64,000 nucleotides of DNA from Candidatus Poribacteria bacterium (GTDB lineage: Bacteria; Poribacteria; WGA-4E; WGA-3G): assembly GCA_007571305.1 (NCBI GenBank), contig RKRR01000138.1, positions 27,331-91,330 on the forward strand, given 5' to 3'. Shown here piece by piece: positions 1-9,041 of this stretch (its first letter is position 1; each line of letters opens with the position of its first letter). The notes under the pieces are model-generated. The model made no database searches. It was not told where the DNA came from and saw only the letters and a program-made list of their open reading frames with translations. Position numbers and translations under genes: made by a program.

Positions 1-2937
1 CGCAACGCCTATCGCATTTCCTTGTGTGGCGTGGCTTCCGACGAGACGCGGAGCTGCCGGCCCTGTGATGTCGAAGACATGTAGTCCTCCTTCAAGGGCT
101 GCGACATAGGCGTGTGCGGGTGTGTTGGGATCGACGACAACCCCATAAGCACTTCCCAGCATATCGCGTCTGGATACGATTCTGCTTTGCTGAGGTACCC
201 GGCTATCAACGACAATTAGGGATCCTGCACAGAGGTAGGCATACCCTTCGTGCAACGCTATATCTGAAACAGGTGAAGTTGTCGAAATATGGGCTGCAAT
301 CGTATCTGTGGCGAGATTGACAACGTACATGCCGGTATCAGTCGCAACAAAGCCATACCCATTTTGGACCCGAATTTTGGTGCAGCTTGCAGTCTCAAAC
401 TGATTGTTAGTGGTGATGATATTCGTAGGCAAGGACAGTCTTTTTGTCACAGTGCCTTGATAAGGTGTCGTAAATTCGAGCGTTTTCAATCCGCCTACAC
501 CGTTCGCGACGTAGACAGTCCGTTCCCCTGCGTCTGTTTCAACAACGTCAAGTCCGTAAGTTGTACCACCAGAGGCGTACCGGTGTAACCACTTCGGCGA
601 TTCTGATTCACTTACGTCTATTGTTTGGATTCCACCTCTACCATCAGCAATATATGCGAATGTATCTCTGATGACTATATCGGTTGCATTGCCAGCTGTC
701 GGTTGTGTGGAAATTCGCCGTGGCTGTTGTGGATTACGCACGTTGATAACATGGAGTCCTGTTTGTCTGTCTGCAAGGTAGACGGTGTCATTACGGAATT
801 GGATGCCTGTTGCAAATCCTGGCGTATTAAGTCGGGAATCTATTTCGGGGTTTTGATCATCCGTAACATCCACCAAGGTGAGGTTGCCTGAGGCGACATA
901 GGCGTGAATTGTTCCTCTTGTCTCTTCGATCTCGTGGGCGTTGGATAAGATTGGAGCAACGCTGCGCACAACAAAATCACCGAATGGACTTGGGTCGAGA
1001 ATAATAAGTCCGTGTCTATTATCACTGAAATAGACAGTGCCGTTGTGGATGGCAACATTGATTGGTGTACCTGCAGTCCGAAAGAAACGTCGGGGTCGAG
1101 GTGCTTGCATGTTGTGAACGTCACGTAAATTGAAAACAAGCATTCCACGCTCACGATCGAGCGCGTATAGTTGGTCATCAGCGACTCGAATTCTGTGTAC
1201 ATTCGTGAACCCTCCGATCGTCTTTACAATGCTCGGTTTGCTCGGCTCCGCGATATCAATGACCTGTACACCTGCGGCACCGTCAGCGACGTAAGCGGTA
1301 TCTCCCTCAACGGCGGCAGATCGCGCCCTGCCAGGCGTGGCAATCTCACCAATTCGGGCGGGTTGTGCCGGCTCTATCAACGTGAAGATTTCAAGTCCCC
1401 AATCACTCGCCGCGTAAAGATGGGAGGCATTCGGACCACCGATCACAACATCGGCATAATCACTCGCAAGGTGGATTTGTGTCCTCGGTTCAAGTTGCGT
1501 TTCCGGCGTAAGTTTCGCGGGTGAAGTACTCCGATGCGTGAGATTGCCCAGTGCATACGTTACAGCGTCAGGTATCGGGTCTGACACATGCTGGCGTGGG
1601 GCATCCGCTGCGCCAACGTTGTTGGCAGCGGGCATATCCACAACGACATAGCGGAAGGTCTGTGGGACATCTGCGGTCACCATTAACACAATTTTACCAT
1701 TGCGCTGGAGTCCTTCTCGGCGGAGATGCCCTCTATTTTTCGTGTCAAATAGAATAGGTGTAACAATGGGATGTCCGTTGGACAGCTGATAAAGGGTTGT
1801 CGCGTAAAGATTCCCCGATCCGCTTCCGATCACAGATAGATCCAGAGTTTCGGGTAGATTCTCAAAGGTAATATAGTACGCCCCCCATTGATTGATGGGA
1901 ATATTATTTCTCTCGCTCGGGTAACCGCGGACGCGCGGTGCTACAGCACTCACTTTTCGGTTCCGCAGAGCAGCGTAACCGAGTTGTTTGTTTTGAGTCT
2001 GTGTATTCACCCAATTCGCAAGCCCCCAATTCAGAAAAACTTCAGGGAATCTTTCACTTTTTTTGCTGCTTACTAAGGCAGCATCAATCGCTTGTTCACC
2101 GAGCGCGTCCGTTTCTACAATATCGCGAATAAATTCCGGTCCGCCATACTGCTCATAGAGATAGAGCATAAGCATGAAAGCACCACCGTAATAGGTATCC
2201 CACGTGTTTGCGTAAGCAAGCGAGACGCTGGGATTTGCCAAGTAACCGTCAACAAAAATGTTATGTACAGTCCCGTAGACTGCCCATTCAACGAAGCTCG
2301 CCGTGCCTTCCTCTAACCATCGCTGATCGGTGGTGCCACCGTTCTGGAACCAATTGATAAGATGTGCAAATTCATGTGCGAGGCTGCTATGAAAAGTATG
2401 TCGAGACCGTTCTCTGAACTGGAAAACATCCATATAGAGCATTTCGCGACGATTGCTATTCGGCAGCGTGGGTAACTGATCGGTGGGCGAGAAATAGCCG
2501 CCGTAATCCTGTCCGGAGTTATTCATGCCGACATCATGCATCAGCAAAGTGATACGGTTGTCTCTATCGAGTCCGGGTTTCCATTCAGTTCCCATCCACT
2601 TTCGCACCTCCGGGTAGATGCGGTTGTCAAATTCTCTTGCTACGGCAGCAGCTTCGGCATCCGTGAACAGATCGCGCACCGAGTTCTCTATGTAGACGTA
2701 GAGATGTTCACTCTTAGCAATACAAGTAGCGCTTACCTCTGTCTCAGGAATATGAATAAAGAATCGCTCTACCTGTCCGATTTGAGCAGGAGCGGCGGGT
2801 GCAGCAGGAATCTCTTCAAGAGGGTGTTCGTTGATATGTGCTTGGTGCAGGAGGGGGGTCCCGCACAACCACGGCTCTGCGGATACAAAACCACTCACGA
2901 GACAAAAGGTAAGAGAGGTTAATATTAAGAATCGCAT
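1..2937 (-). CDS. secreted zinc-metallopeptidase-like protein with LVIVD-repeat beta-propeller region (3' end runs off the window)
   Basis: Absent from the ORF track because no stop lies inside the window. Plus-strand triplets in register with position 1 carry no TTA/CTA/TCA in the stretch checked by hand (1-660). ATG is the complement of 2935-2937. N-terminus MRFLILTSLTFCLVSGFVSA is signal-like. SLAHEFAHL (HExxH) lies at about 2362-2376. Many xYVADGxxGhxVhDh units (AYVADGAAGVQVIDI, AYIADGRGGIQTIDV, VYLADRQTGLHVINV) are typical of LVIVD repeats. Confidence 0.75.
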   Translation of the reverse strand, partial: MRFLILTSLTFCLVSGFVSAEPWLCGTPLLHQAHINEHPLEEIPAAPAAPAQIGQVERFFIHIPETEVSATCIAKSEHLYVYIENSVRDLFTDAEAAAVAREFDNRIYPEVRKWMGTEWKPGLDRDNRITLLMHDVGMNNSGQDYGGYFSPTDQLPTLPNSNRREMLYMDVFQFRERSRHTFHSSLAHEFAHLINWFQNGGTTDQRWLEEGTASFVEWAVYGTVHNIFVDGYLANPSVSLAYANTWDTYYGGAFMLMLYLYEQYGGPEFIRDIVETDALGEQAIDAALVSSKKSERFPEVFLNWGLANWVNTQTQNKQLGYAALRNRKVSAVAPRVRGYPSERNNIPINQWGAYYITFENLPETLDLSVIGSGSGNLYATTLYQLSNGHPIVTPILFDTKNRGHLRREGLQRNGKIVLMVTADVPQTFRYVVVDMPAANNVGAADAPRQHVSDPIPDAVTYALGNLTHRSTSPAKLTPETQLEPRTQIHLASDYADVVIGGPNASHLYAASDWGLEIFTLIEPAQPARIGEIATPGRARSAAVEGDTAYVADGAAGVQVIDIAEPSKPSIVKTIGGFTNVHRIRVADDQLYALDRERGMLVFNLRDVHNMQAPRPRRFFRTAGTPINVAIHNGTVYFSDNRHGLIILDPSPFGDFVVRSVAPILSNAHEIEETRGTIHAYVASGNLTLVDVTDDQNPEIDSRLNTPGFATGIQFRNDTVYLADRQTGLHVINVRNPQQPRRISTQPTAGNATDIVIRDTFAYIADGRGGIQTIDVSESESPKWLHRYASGGTTYGLDVVETDAGERTVYVANGVGGLKTLEFTTPYQGTVTKRLSLPTNIITTNNQFETASCTKIRVQNGYGFVATDTGMYVVNLATDTIAAHISTTSPVSDIALHEGYAYLCAGSLIVVDSRVPQQSRIVSRRDMLGSAYGVVVDPNTPAHAYVAALEGGLHVFDITGPAAPRLVGSHATQGNAIGVA

Positions 2938-3217
2938 TCGGTGTGTAATTATTCTCCGATAGATGTGTTGTGTAGCGCGTCGGTTTTTAGTCAGTTTCAG
3001 TCCTTTTCGATCGGATATACCTCTAAAAAATGCTATACAAATTGCCCTAACCTGGGAGATTGCTATATCTATTTTACAACGATTGTGACCTAAATTCAAC
3101 CGATACAACAATTTACGTAAGAACGAGACGCGTCGATGGACAAACCACCCAGCAAGCGATAACAACCCTCTCACGTACGAAAATAAAAAGTTAATTCCCA
3201 CCAATTCTCCTATTCAC

Positions 3218-3246
3218 TTGCCAACTTCTCGCGTCTATGCTATCTT
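3218..3246 (+). promoter_or_regulatory. sigma70-like promoter candidate (TTGCCA-17 nt-TATCTT)
   Basis: Hexamers with 17-nt spacing lie 33 nt upstream of the ATG at 3279. AAAGGAG RBS follows at about 3265. Confidence 0.3.
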
Positions 3247-3278
3247 CTTAGGCAACCCTCGACAAAGGAGAAATCGCA

Positions 3279-4304
3279 ATGTATCGTGTCGGTATCATCG
3301 GGTTGGGCAGTATCGCCTCCCGTTATTCAACGCCAGATGACGCTTATCCCTATTGCCACACAGGCGGCATCCGTTTTTGTGAGACCACCGAATTGGTCGC
3401 AGTCGCGGACATGTCTGAGGAACGCCAGATGGAGTTTCAACAGGTGTGGGGCCCCGCTTTCCCAGACAATTCCATAAACTACTATGAAACAGATACGCAG
3501 ATGCTTGAAAGTGAAGATTTGGACATCGTTGCTGTCTGTGTCCGTGGCCCCCATCACTTCAAGGTAATGCAAAACGTCTTGAAGGCGGACATCAAAGCCA
3601 TCTTCCTCGAAAAGCCAGCCGGATGCTCCCTCGAAGAGGTCGATATGATGACCGCAGGGGCTGACGCGAAAGGTATCCCTATCGTTGTGGACTACACGCG
3701 GCATTGGGCACCACACCTCATCCGTCTCCAATCACTTATCAAGGATGGACTTATAGGTGAGGTGCAAACTGTCATCGGTTATTGTGGTGGCGGTGTGCTC
3801 TCCTTTGCTATCCACACGACAGATATGATCTGCCAATTCGCTGGCTATGATCCGGTTTCTGTCACTGGATTCGTTGCTGGGGGTGGAGATGTACCAGAAC
3901 CTTACGCACCTGAACCAGCGATTATCGGTTCAACCATCCAATTTGAGAGTGGCGTTGTCGGTTTCCATGTCGGTAACCATGGAGCACGAGGTGGATTCTC
4001 TGTTGATGTCCTCGGTAGCGAAGGCAGCGTGCAGGCAGGATTTTATAGCGGCACGACCGTGCATAAAGCAGGGGAGTTGATTGATAACGTTACCCTCGGT
4101 CTGCCTGAAAACGCCGGTCCGTTCAATGTCGCGTATCAACAGATTACGGATTACCTGGATGGGGGTTCGCTGCCCCATTGTGCGCGGGATGATTATACGG
4201 CTGTCAATGAAATCGGATTTGCGACGATTGAAAGCAGCATCACCGGACAGATAATACAACTCCCGTGCCAGAACAGGGAACGACTCATCTTCGCGAACGG
4301 TTAA
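3279..4304 (+). CDS. Gfo/Idh/MocA family oxidoreductase
   Basis: N-terminal Rossmann motif MYRVGIIGLGSIA, an EKP motif (IFLEKPAG), a 341-aa ORF and a good RBS. Confidence 0.85.
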   Translation: MYRVGIIGLGSIASRYSTPDDAYPYCHTGGIRFCETTELVAVADMSEERQMEFQQVWGPAFPDNSINYYETDTQMLESEDLDIVAVCVRGPHHFKVMQNVLKADIKAIFLEKPAGCSLEEVDMMTAGADAKGIPIVVDYTRHWAPHLIRLQSLIKDGLIGEVQTVIGYCGGGVLSFAIHTTDMICQFAGYDPVSVTGFVAGGGDVPEPYAPEPAIIGSTIQFESGVVGFHVGNHGARGGFSVDVLGSEGSVQAGFYSGTTVHKAGELIDNVTLGLPENAGPFNVAYQQITDYLDGGSLPHCARDDYTAVNEIGFATIESSITGQIIQLPCQNRERLIFANG

Positions 4305-4317
4305 TGTCGAGGCACCT

Positions 4318-5058
4318 ATGGCATCTATATTCAATCTGGACAATCTATACCGCTTCTTTATGAGGGCATACCCTGTCAAGTCTCATGGTGTGACACCTCC
4401 TAACGCACCGCTTCGCCAGGAATTAAACCAATGCCGTGTCGCGCTCATTACAACTGCTGGATTACATCTCCAAGCACAAGCACCTTACAATGATAGAATT
4501 ATAGGTGGAGATTGTTCGTATCGAGAAATACCGAATACGATCGAGACACAAGTCCTTGCACTTGGGCATAGAAGTAAGGCTTTCGATTCGAGTGGCACAG
4601 AAAATGATATAAACTTGGTATTCCCGCTTGATCGGTTTCGAGAATTAGAAACCGAAGGTAAGATCGGTTCACTGAATCATAGACACTTCAGTTTCATGGG
4701 GTCGATTACAAAACCGAAACCACTCATCGAAAAAACCGCACCTGAAGTCGCGCAGATGCTCGAATCCGATGATGTTGATGTTGCATTCTTAACCCCTGTG
4801 TGACCGATGTGCAATCAATCCGTGGGATTGATACAACGTGCTGTTGAAGAAAGAGGAATATCGACTGTCTCCGTGACGCTTGATGAAAGCATAACAAAAA
4901 GGGTGAACCCTCCACGTGCGTTGTCAGTGCCTTATAGATTCGGTTATCCACTTGGAGAACCGAACAACCCAGAATTACAACACGTACTCATCGCTGAAGC
5001 ACTCGCACTCTTAGAGGATAAAACACCGCCTCCTATCCTAAAAACGAGCTCAGTGTAA
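4318..5058 (+). CDS. candidate selenoprotein, glycine/sarcosine/betaine/D-proline reductase B (GrdB/PrdB)-like, with in-frame UGA at 4801-4803
   Basis: Track ORFs 4318-4803 and 4807-5058 are in the same frame, separated only by TGA plus CCG. There is no RBS before the ATG at 4807. Read-through gives ...AFLTPV-U-PMC-NQSVGLIQRAVEERGISTVSVTL...PRALSVPYRFGYPLGEP, with U-x-x-C spacing. A hairpin lies 11 nt downstream of the UGA. Confidence 0.6.
4814..4832 (+). promoter_or_regulatory. candidate bacterial SECIS hairpin
   Basis: ATCAATCC-GTG-GGATTGAT forms a perfect 8-bp stem. It starts 11 nt after the UGA, and its apical loop contains G and U. Confidence 0.5.
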
Positions 5059-5105
5059 AATTGCAAGGTATGCCTGTAGCATAAACTTTCAGTTTGTGCC
5101 TATAG

Positions 5106-5265
5106 TAACCCAAGTTACTACTCACAAGATTTTCGGCATCCTGTCCCATTTTTCACTGAAACGGTTTCATGATTCGGAGGTATTCCGTAGCGTAGGGTGT
5201 TGGTCTCCTACGTGCTTAAAATGCAGACCCTAACAGGTTATGCTACAAACTGGCAACTTGGGTTA
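5106..5265 (-). repeat. MITE-like repeat, family B, copy B1
   Basis: Termini TAACCCAAGTT ... AACTTGGGTTA. Flanking ATAGT is duplicated on both sides. Carries the shared hairpin core (reverse orientation, about 5226-5247). Similar to 60868-61014. Confidence 0.75.
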
Positions 5266-5317
5266 TAGTAGTTCTCTATAACCAACCATGCTTCGTCACA
5301 ACCTAAAGGAGAAACCC

Positions 5318-6379
5318 ATGGACAAAATCAGAGTTGGTATCATTGGATGTGGCGGTATCTTCCGCAGCCTCCACGCCCCTTATTACGAAGAATCGACGCG
5401 GCGTGCAGATATAGTCGCAATCGCTGACCTCAATGAGACATCCGCAAATGAGCAAGCGGATCGATTTGGTGCGGATGCCTACACAGATTATCGTGAGCTC
5501 CTCGACAGGCAGGATATAGACGCTGTTGATGTGTGTGTCCATCCGCGTCCTCATCTCGAAATTACCCGTGCTGCCGCCGATGCTGGCAAGCATATTTTGA
5601 TGGAGAAGCCGATGTGTTGTAGTGTAGCCGAAGGTGAAGCGATGATCGCCTCCGCTGAAGATGCAGGTGTTCTTCTGATGGTCGCCTATATGATGCGGTT
5701 CAGTCCGGGCTACATGAAACTGAAATCGTTGTTAGACGATGGCACACTCGGCACACTACAGATGGCGTATTCCAATCAGGTCGGTTGGTTTTCGCCGGAC
5801 CGACATCCGTGGCTATTTGTGAAGGCAGAGTCGGGCGGTATGTTAGTGGAGCAAGCGATTCACGAACTCGATATTTGGTTGTGGCTTTACGGTCCCGCCT
5901 CTACTGTCTACGGATTCACCAGCCATGTTCCACTCGGTGGCACCTACCCACCTGCGGAACGGGCTGTGGAGAACAATGCAGTGCTCACCGTGCATTTCAA
6001 GAACGGTGGTGTCGGGATGATGATGAAGAGTTGGGCGGCTGAGATTCGGAACAGCGGTAACGGTCTCGTCACGAGCAAAGGTTCTGCGACGTTGATTCAC
6101 AATGGACTCCGTTGGAAAACCCACGACATGGTGGAAGCGGAAGAATTCACGGCTCCTGTGCCAGATGATGGCACCTACCGCAATATGCCAGAAGAGCGGC
6201 GTCAACAACGGTATTGGGGGGTAGCGGCGAAAGGAACAAGCATCAACCATTGGCTCCAATGTATCGCCGGTGAGGCAGAGCCGACAACCCACGGACGTAT
6301 GGGAAGAGACGGTATAGAATTGGCAGAGGCAACGTATCGTTCCTCCCAAATCGGCGCACCGATCTCTTTACCGCTGTAG
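5318..6379 (+). CDS. Gfo/Idh/MocA family oxidoreductase
   Basis: MDKIRVGIIGCGGIF Rossmann start preceded by AAAGGAG. The track start at 5288 lacks an RBS. MEKP motif present. Confidence 0.85.
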   Translation: MDKIRVGIIGCGGIFRSLHAPYYEESTRRADIVAIADLNETSANEQADRFGADAYTDYRELLDRQDIDAVDVCVHPRPHLEITRAAADAGKHILMEKPMCCSVAEGEAMIASAEDAGVLLMVAYMMRFSPGYMKLKSLLDDGTLGTLQMAYSNQVGWFSPDRHPWLFVKAESGGMLVEQAIHELDIWLWLYGPASTVYGFTSHVPLGGTYPPAERAVENNAVLTVHFKNGGVGMMMKSWAAEIRNSGNGLVTSKGSATLIHNGLRWKTHDMVEAEEFTAPVPDDGTYRNMPEERRQQRYWGVAAKGTSINHWLQCIAGEAEPTTHGRMGRDGIELAEATYRSSQIGAPISLPL

Positions 6380-6386
6380 TGGTACT

Positions 6387-6510
6387 TATAGTAGAATCCG
6401 ACAATAAATTTCCATTTGTAGCATAGCCTGTTAGGCTGTGCCATCAGAACAGATAACTTCAGAGTCCACACGCCGCTACAAGTGTCCAAGTAATTACGGA
6501 ATCTACTATA
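6387..6510 (+). repeat. MITE-like repeat, family C, copy C1
   Basis: Termini TATAGTAGAATCCG ... CGGAATCTACTATA. Core TGTAGCATAGCCTGTTAGGCTGTGC. Alignable by eye to 36073-36199 and 46368-46498. Confidence 0.75.
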
Positions 6511-6610
6511 ATCTTTACCCCCTGAAAAGGCATCTCCACAATCCTGTGTCAATTTCCGATACCCATTTTGTGGATTGGGAGAAAAGAATAATTTGGAGGA
6601 GAAGGAAGCC

Positions 6611-7555
6611 ATGACCACCGGAATCATGCTGGTTTTAATGGGTCTTGCATCAGCCTCAATTATGAGCAACAACGTAATTGGGAGCATTGAAGTGACACCG
6701 AGAATTGAAATCGTAGAAGTACCGAGCGAATTTTCTGCTTTCAAGCGAGTAGGCTGTGACAAATATGTCAACGTTTTCGGCATTCACATCTTTGCAACCC
6801 TAACGGCCTCTGAAGATAAGCTCGCTCACGCTGCGGGAGTTTTGGCACAATACCTTGATAATGACGAAGACGGTGTTCCTGACAACACGCGAGTTCTCAG
6901 CCACCTTGTGAGCCGAAACGTCTTCATCGTTATGCCCGGAACAGAGGCGGAGATGGACAGATTGGAAATGCATCTGGTAGAAGAAGCGGGCTATCGATAT
7001 GGGCAAGACTTGTATGGCGAAGAGACCAAGCCGGATTTCCTTGTTGATGGCAAAATCAACGCTCCTGATGGCTCGTACTACGACGGTGCATTAGAGGAAA
7101 TTCTGCATCCGATCACACATTATGGTTACGCGAACGCCTACCCTGAAATATTCGAAACGAGACGAGGATCCACCTTAGCGAAGTGCATGGATGCCGCCCG
7201 TGGCGGATATTTTGAACAAGTGCCACAAGATGGTCCCAAGAGTGGCTACCCGGCGGATGCTTGGTATCATTATACAGATGAAACTTGTGATTATGGTTGC
7301 ATGGTTACGGAGTATATCTACTGGGCCTTAACATCAATACTGGAGACGCAAGACTTCCCGGGACGACACGAAGCACTTGAAGTCGAATGGGAGTTGAATA
7401 CCAGAGAACGGGTTAGAACCGGGGATGCTGCGGTGTATGCACTTCTGACAGACCCTCAGTACAAATTCCCTACCAAAGCACCAGATGGAAACTACAAACC
7501 CTCCACATTTCCTGTTACAGTTGTTCCTCTCATTGCGATTAAAGATGAAGATTAA
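6611..7555 (+). CDS. hypothetical secreted/anchored protein
   Basis: ATG at 6611 follows GGAGGAGAAGGAAG. Hydrophobic N-terminus MTTGIMLVLMGLASASIM. No family recognised. Confidence 0.6.
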   Translation: MTTGIMLVLMGLASASIMSNNVIGSIEVTPRIEIVEVPSEFSAFKRVGCDKYVNVFGIHIFATLTASEDKLAHAAGVLAQYLDNDEDGVPDNTRVLSHLVSRNVFIVMPGTEAEMDRLEMHLVEEAGYRYGQDLYGEETKPDFLVDGKINAPDGSYYDGALEEILHPITHYGYANAYPEIFETRRGSTLAKCMDAARGGYFEQVPQDGPKSGYPADAWYHYTDETCDYGCMVTEYIYWALTSILETQDFPGRHEALEVEWELNTRERVRTGDAAVYALLTDPQYKFPTKAPDGNYKPSTFPVTVVPLIAIKDED

Positions 7556-7747
7556 TGGCAGTAATAGCATCTTATGAAATACCAGATTGTAGCATTGCAG
7601 TAGGAAATAGAGGCGCGCAAACAAAGGTATCAGGTATGGATGAGGTTTATTCCCGCACCAAATTCGGGTATGCGCCCATATTATGAAGACACATTGGACA
7701 AACCGACCTGATCGCAAGCCGTAGTCGGAAATTAGCAGAGGTTTATA

Positions 7748-8926
7748 ATGAGAACTCGTTTTATGTTTCACAAAGCCATTTCTCTTTTCTGCTTTGTGGC
7801 TTTTATTTTTCTTTCCTTCGTGTATGAAGGATATCCGCAAACTCAAATCGAACAGAGCATCTCTCTAAAAGAGCAGCAGGAAGGCAGGACGTTACTGGTC
7901 GGTGCTGCAACACTCTATGGGCTTTCCCTCTACGGACCGGGGATAGCGCGCCTCCTTGATATTGAATCAGAAAGTCAATTCGCTGGATTGGAACTGCTAA
8001 TCGGAGGCGGATCTTTTGCAGGAGCACTTGCAGCGACAAAGAATCATCGGCTCGGTGTAGGGCGATCCAATTTAATCCTATCGGGCAGTTTCGCTGGTAC
8101 TCTATATGGTATCGGAGTGCCAGTGTTGTTTGAATCACAGAATGACAAAGTCTACTTTGCTTCTGCGATGCTCGCTACGCCAATAGGGGGGCTGATTGCC
8201 CATAGACTTACTGATCACAGATGGTTCAAAAGGGGTGAATCATATTTGATGACCAACGGCGGATTTGTGGGCGGTCTGTATGGGTTTGCAATCCCGTATG
8301 TTTGGAATATTGAAAATCTGGAAGAGTGGACGCAAGCCAAAATCTATGTTGCATCCATGATGGCTGGAGTCCCTATCGGAGCGTGGACCACAACAAAGTT
8401 GATTTACAACAAACCCCTTAGTCCGGGGCACTCATATCTAATCTCCTTTGGGGGATTTATCGGTAGTGCCTATGCCAATGGAATTATCTCCCTACTGGAT
8501 ATAGAATCAAGTAGAACCTATATGGTAGCCTCCATGGTCGGTTTACCAATAGGAGCATATCTTGGCTATAAATTGACTGCTGGTGGTGAATACACAGTTG
8601 GCAGGGCAGTTTTAATACAAATTGGCGCGTTTGCAGGTGCCCTATTCGGCAATGGGGTGCCGCTGTTGGCTGAAGTGGAGAGCCATAAACCTTATGTTGT
8701 AGTGAGTATCCTTGGATCAGCCGCTGGAATGTGGTTTGCACACCGTGCTACACGAGGTTGGGGTGAGAAAATTCCTTTTACGAGAATCGATCTCGGACAT
8801 GAATCAGAAAAATTCACCGTCTCACTGCCTTCAATCGATAAATGGTTGACTCTCGGTATGATGGCCCTCCGCAAGCCAGCTGTCATGGCGGATTTCCCTG
8901 TGGAGTTGGTGCGGATCTCATTCTAA
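7748..8926 (+). CDS. hypothetical polytopic membrane protein with five-fold internal Gly-rich repeat
   Basis: Recurring units GGSFAGALAA, GSFAGTLYGIGVPVLFE, GGFVGGLYGFAIPYVWN, GGFIGSAYANGIISLLD and GAFAGALFGNGVPLLAE. Confidence 0.65.
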   Translation: MRTRFMFHKAISLFCFVAFIFLSFVYEGYPQTQIEQSISLKEQQEGRTLLVGAATLYGLSLYGPGIARLLDIESESQFAGLELLIGGGSFAGALAATKNHRLGVGRSNLILSGSFAGTLYGIGVPVLFESQNDKVYFASAMLATPIGGLIAHRLTDHRWFKRGESYLMTNGGFVGGLYGFAIPYVWNIENLEEWTQAKIYVASMMAGVPIGAWTTTKLIYNKPLSPGHSYLISFGGFIGSAYANGIISLLDIESSRTYMVASMVGLPIGAYLGYKLTAGGEYTVGRAVLIQIGAFAGALFGNGVPLLAEVESHKPYVVVSILGSAAGMWFAHRATRGWGEKIPFTRIDLGHESEKFTVSLPSIDKWLTLGMMALRKPAVMADFPVELVRISF

Positions 8927-9041
8927 TCAGAACGACGAAATTGTTTAAGGTGCAGCCCAAGTCTAAACACATGGCAGTTTCCAACCACGACGGCTATACT
9001 TGTAGGATGAGGTCGTTGGCATCGTCTCTACAATACAGGCG

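Noticed and set aside
4801-4803. Genome-wide UGA reassignment (code 4/25) as the explanation for the in-frame TGA
   Set aside because: TGA terminates other well-supported genes in the window, for example the anti-sigma factor at 13929-13931. Local Sec recoding, or a genuine stop, are the only options.
5843-6783. Minus-strand ORFs 5843-6349 (168 aa) and 6202-6783 (193 aa)
   Set aside because: They are antisense to the 5318-6379 oxidoreductase and run through repeat C1 and the next gene's start. No motifs or RBS.
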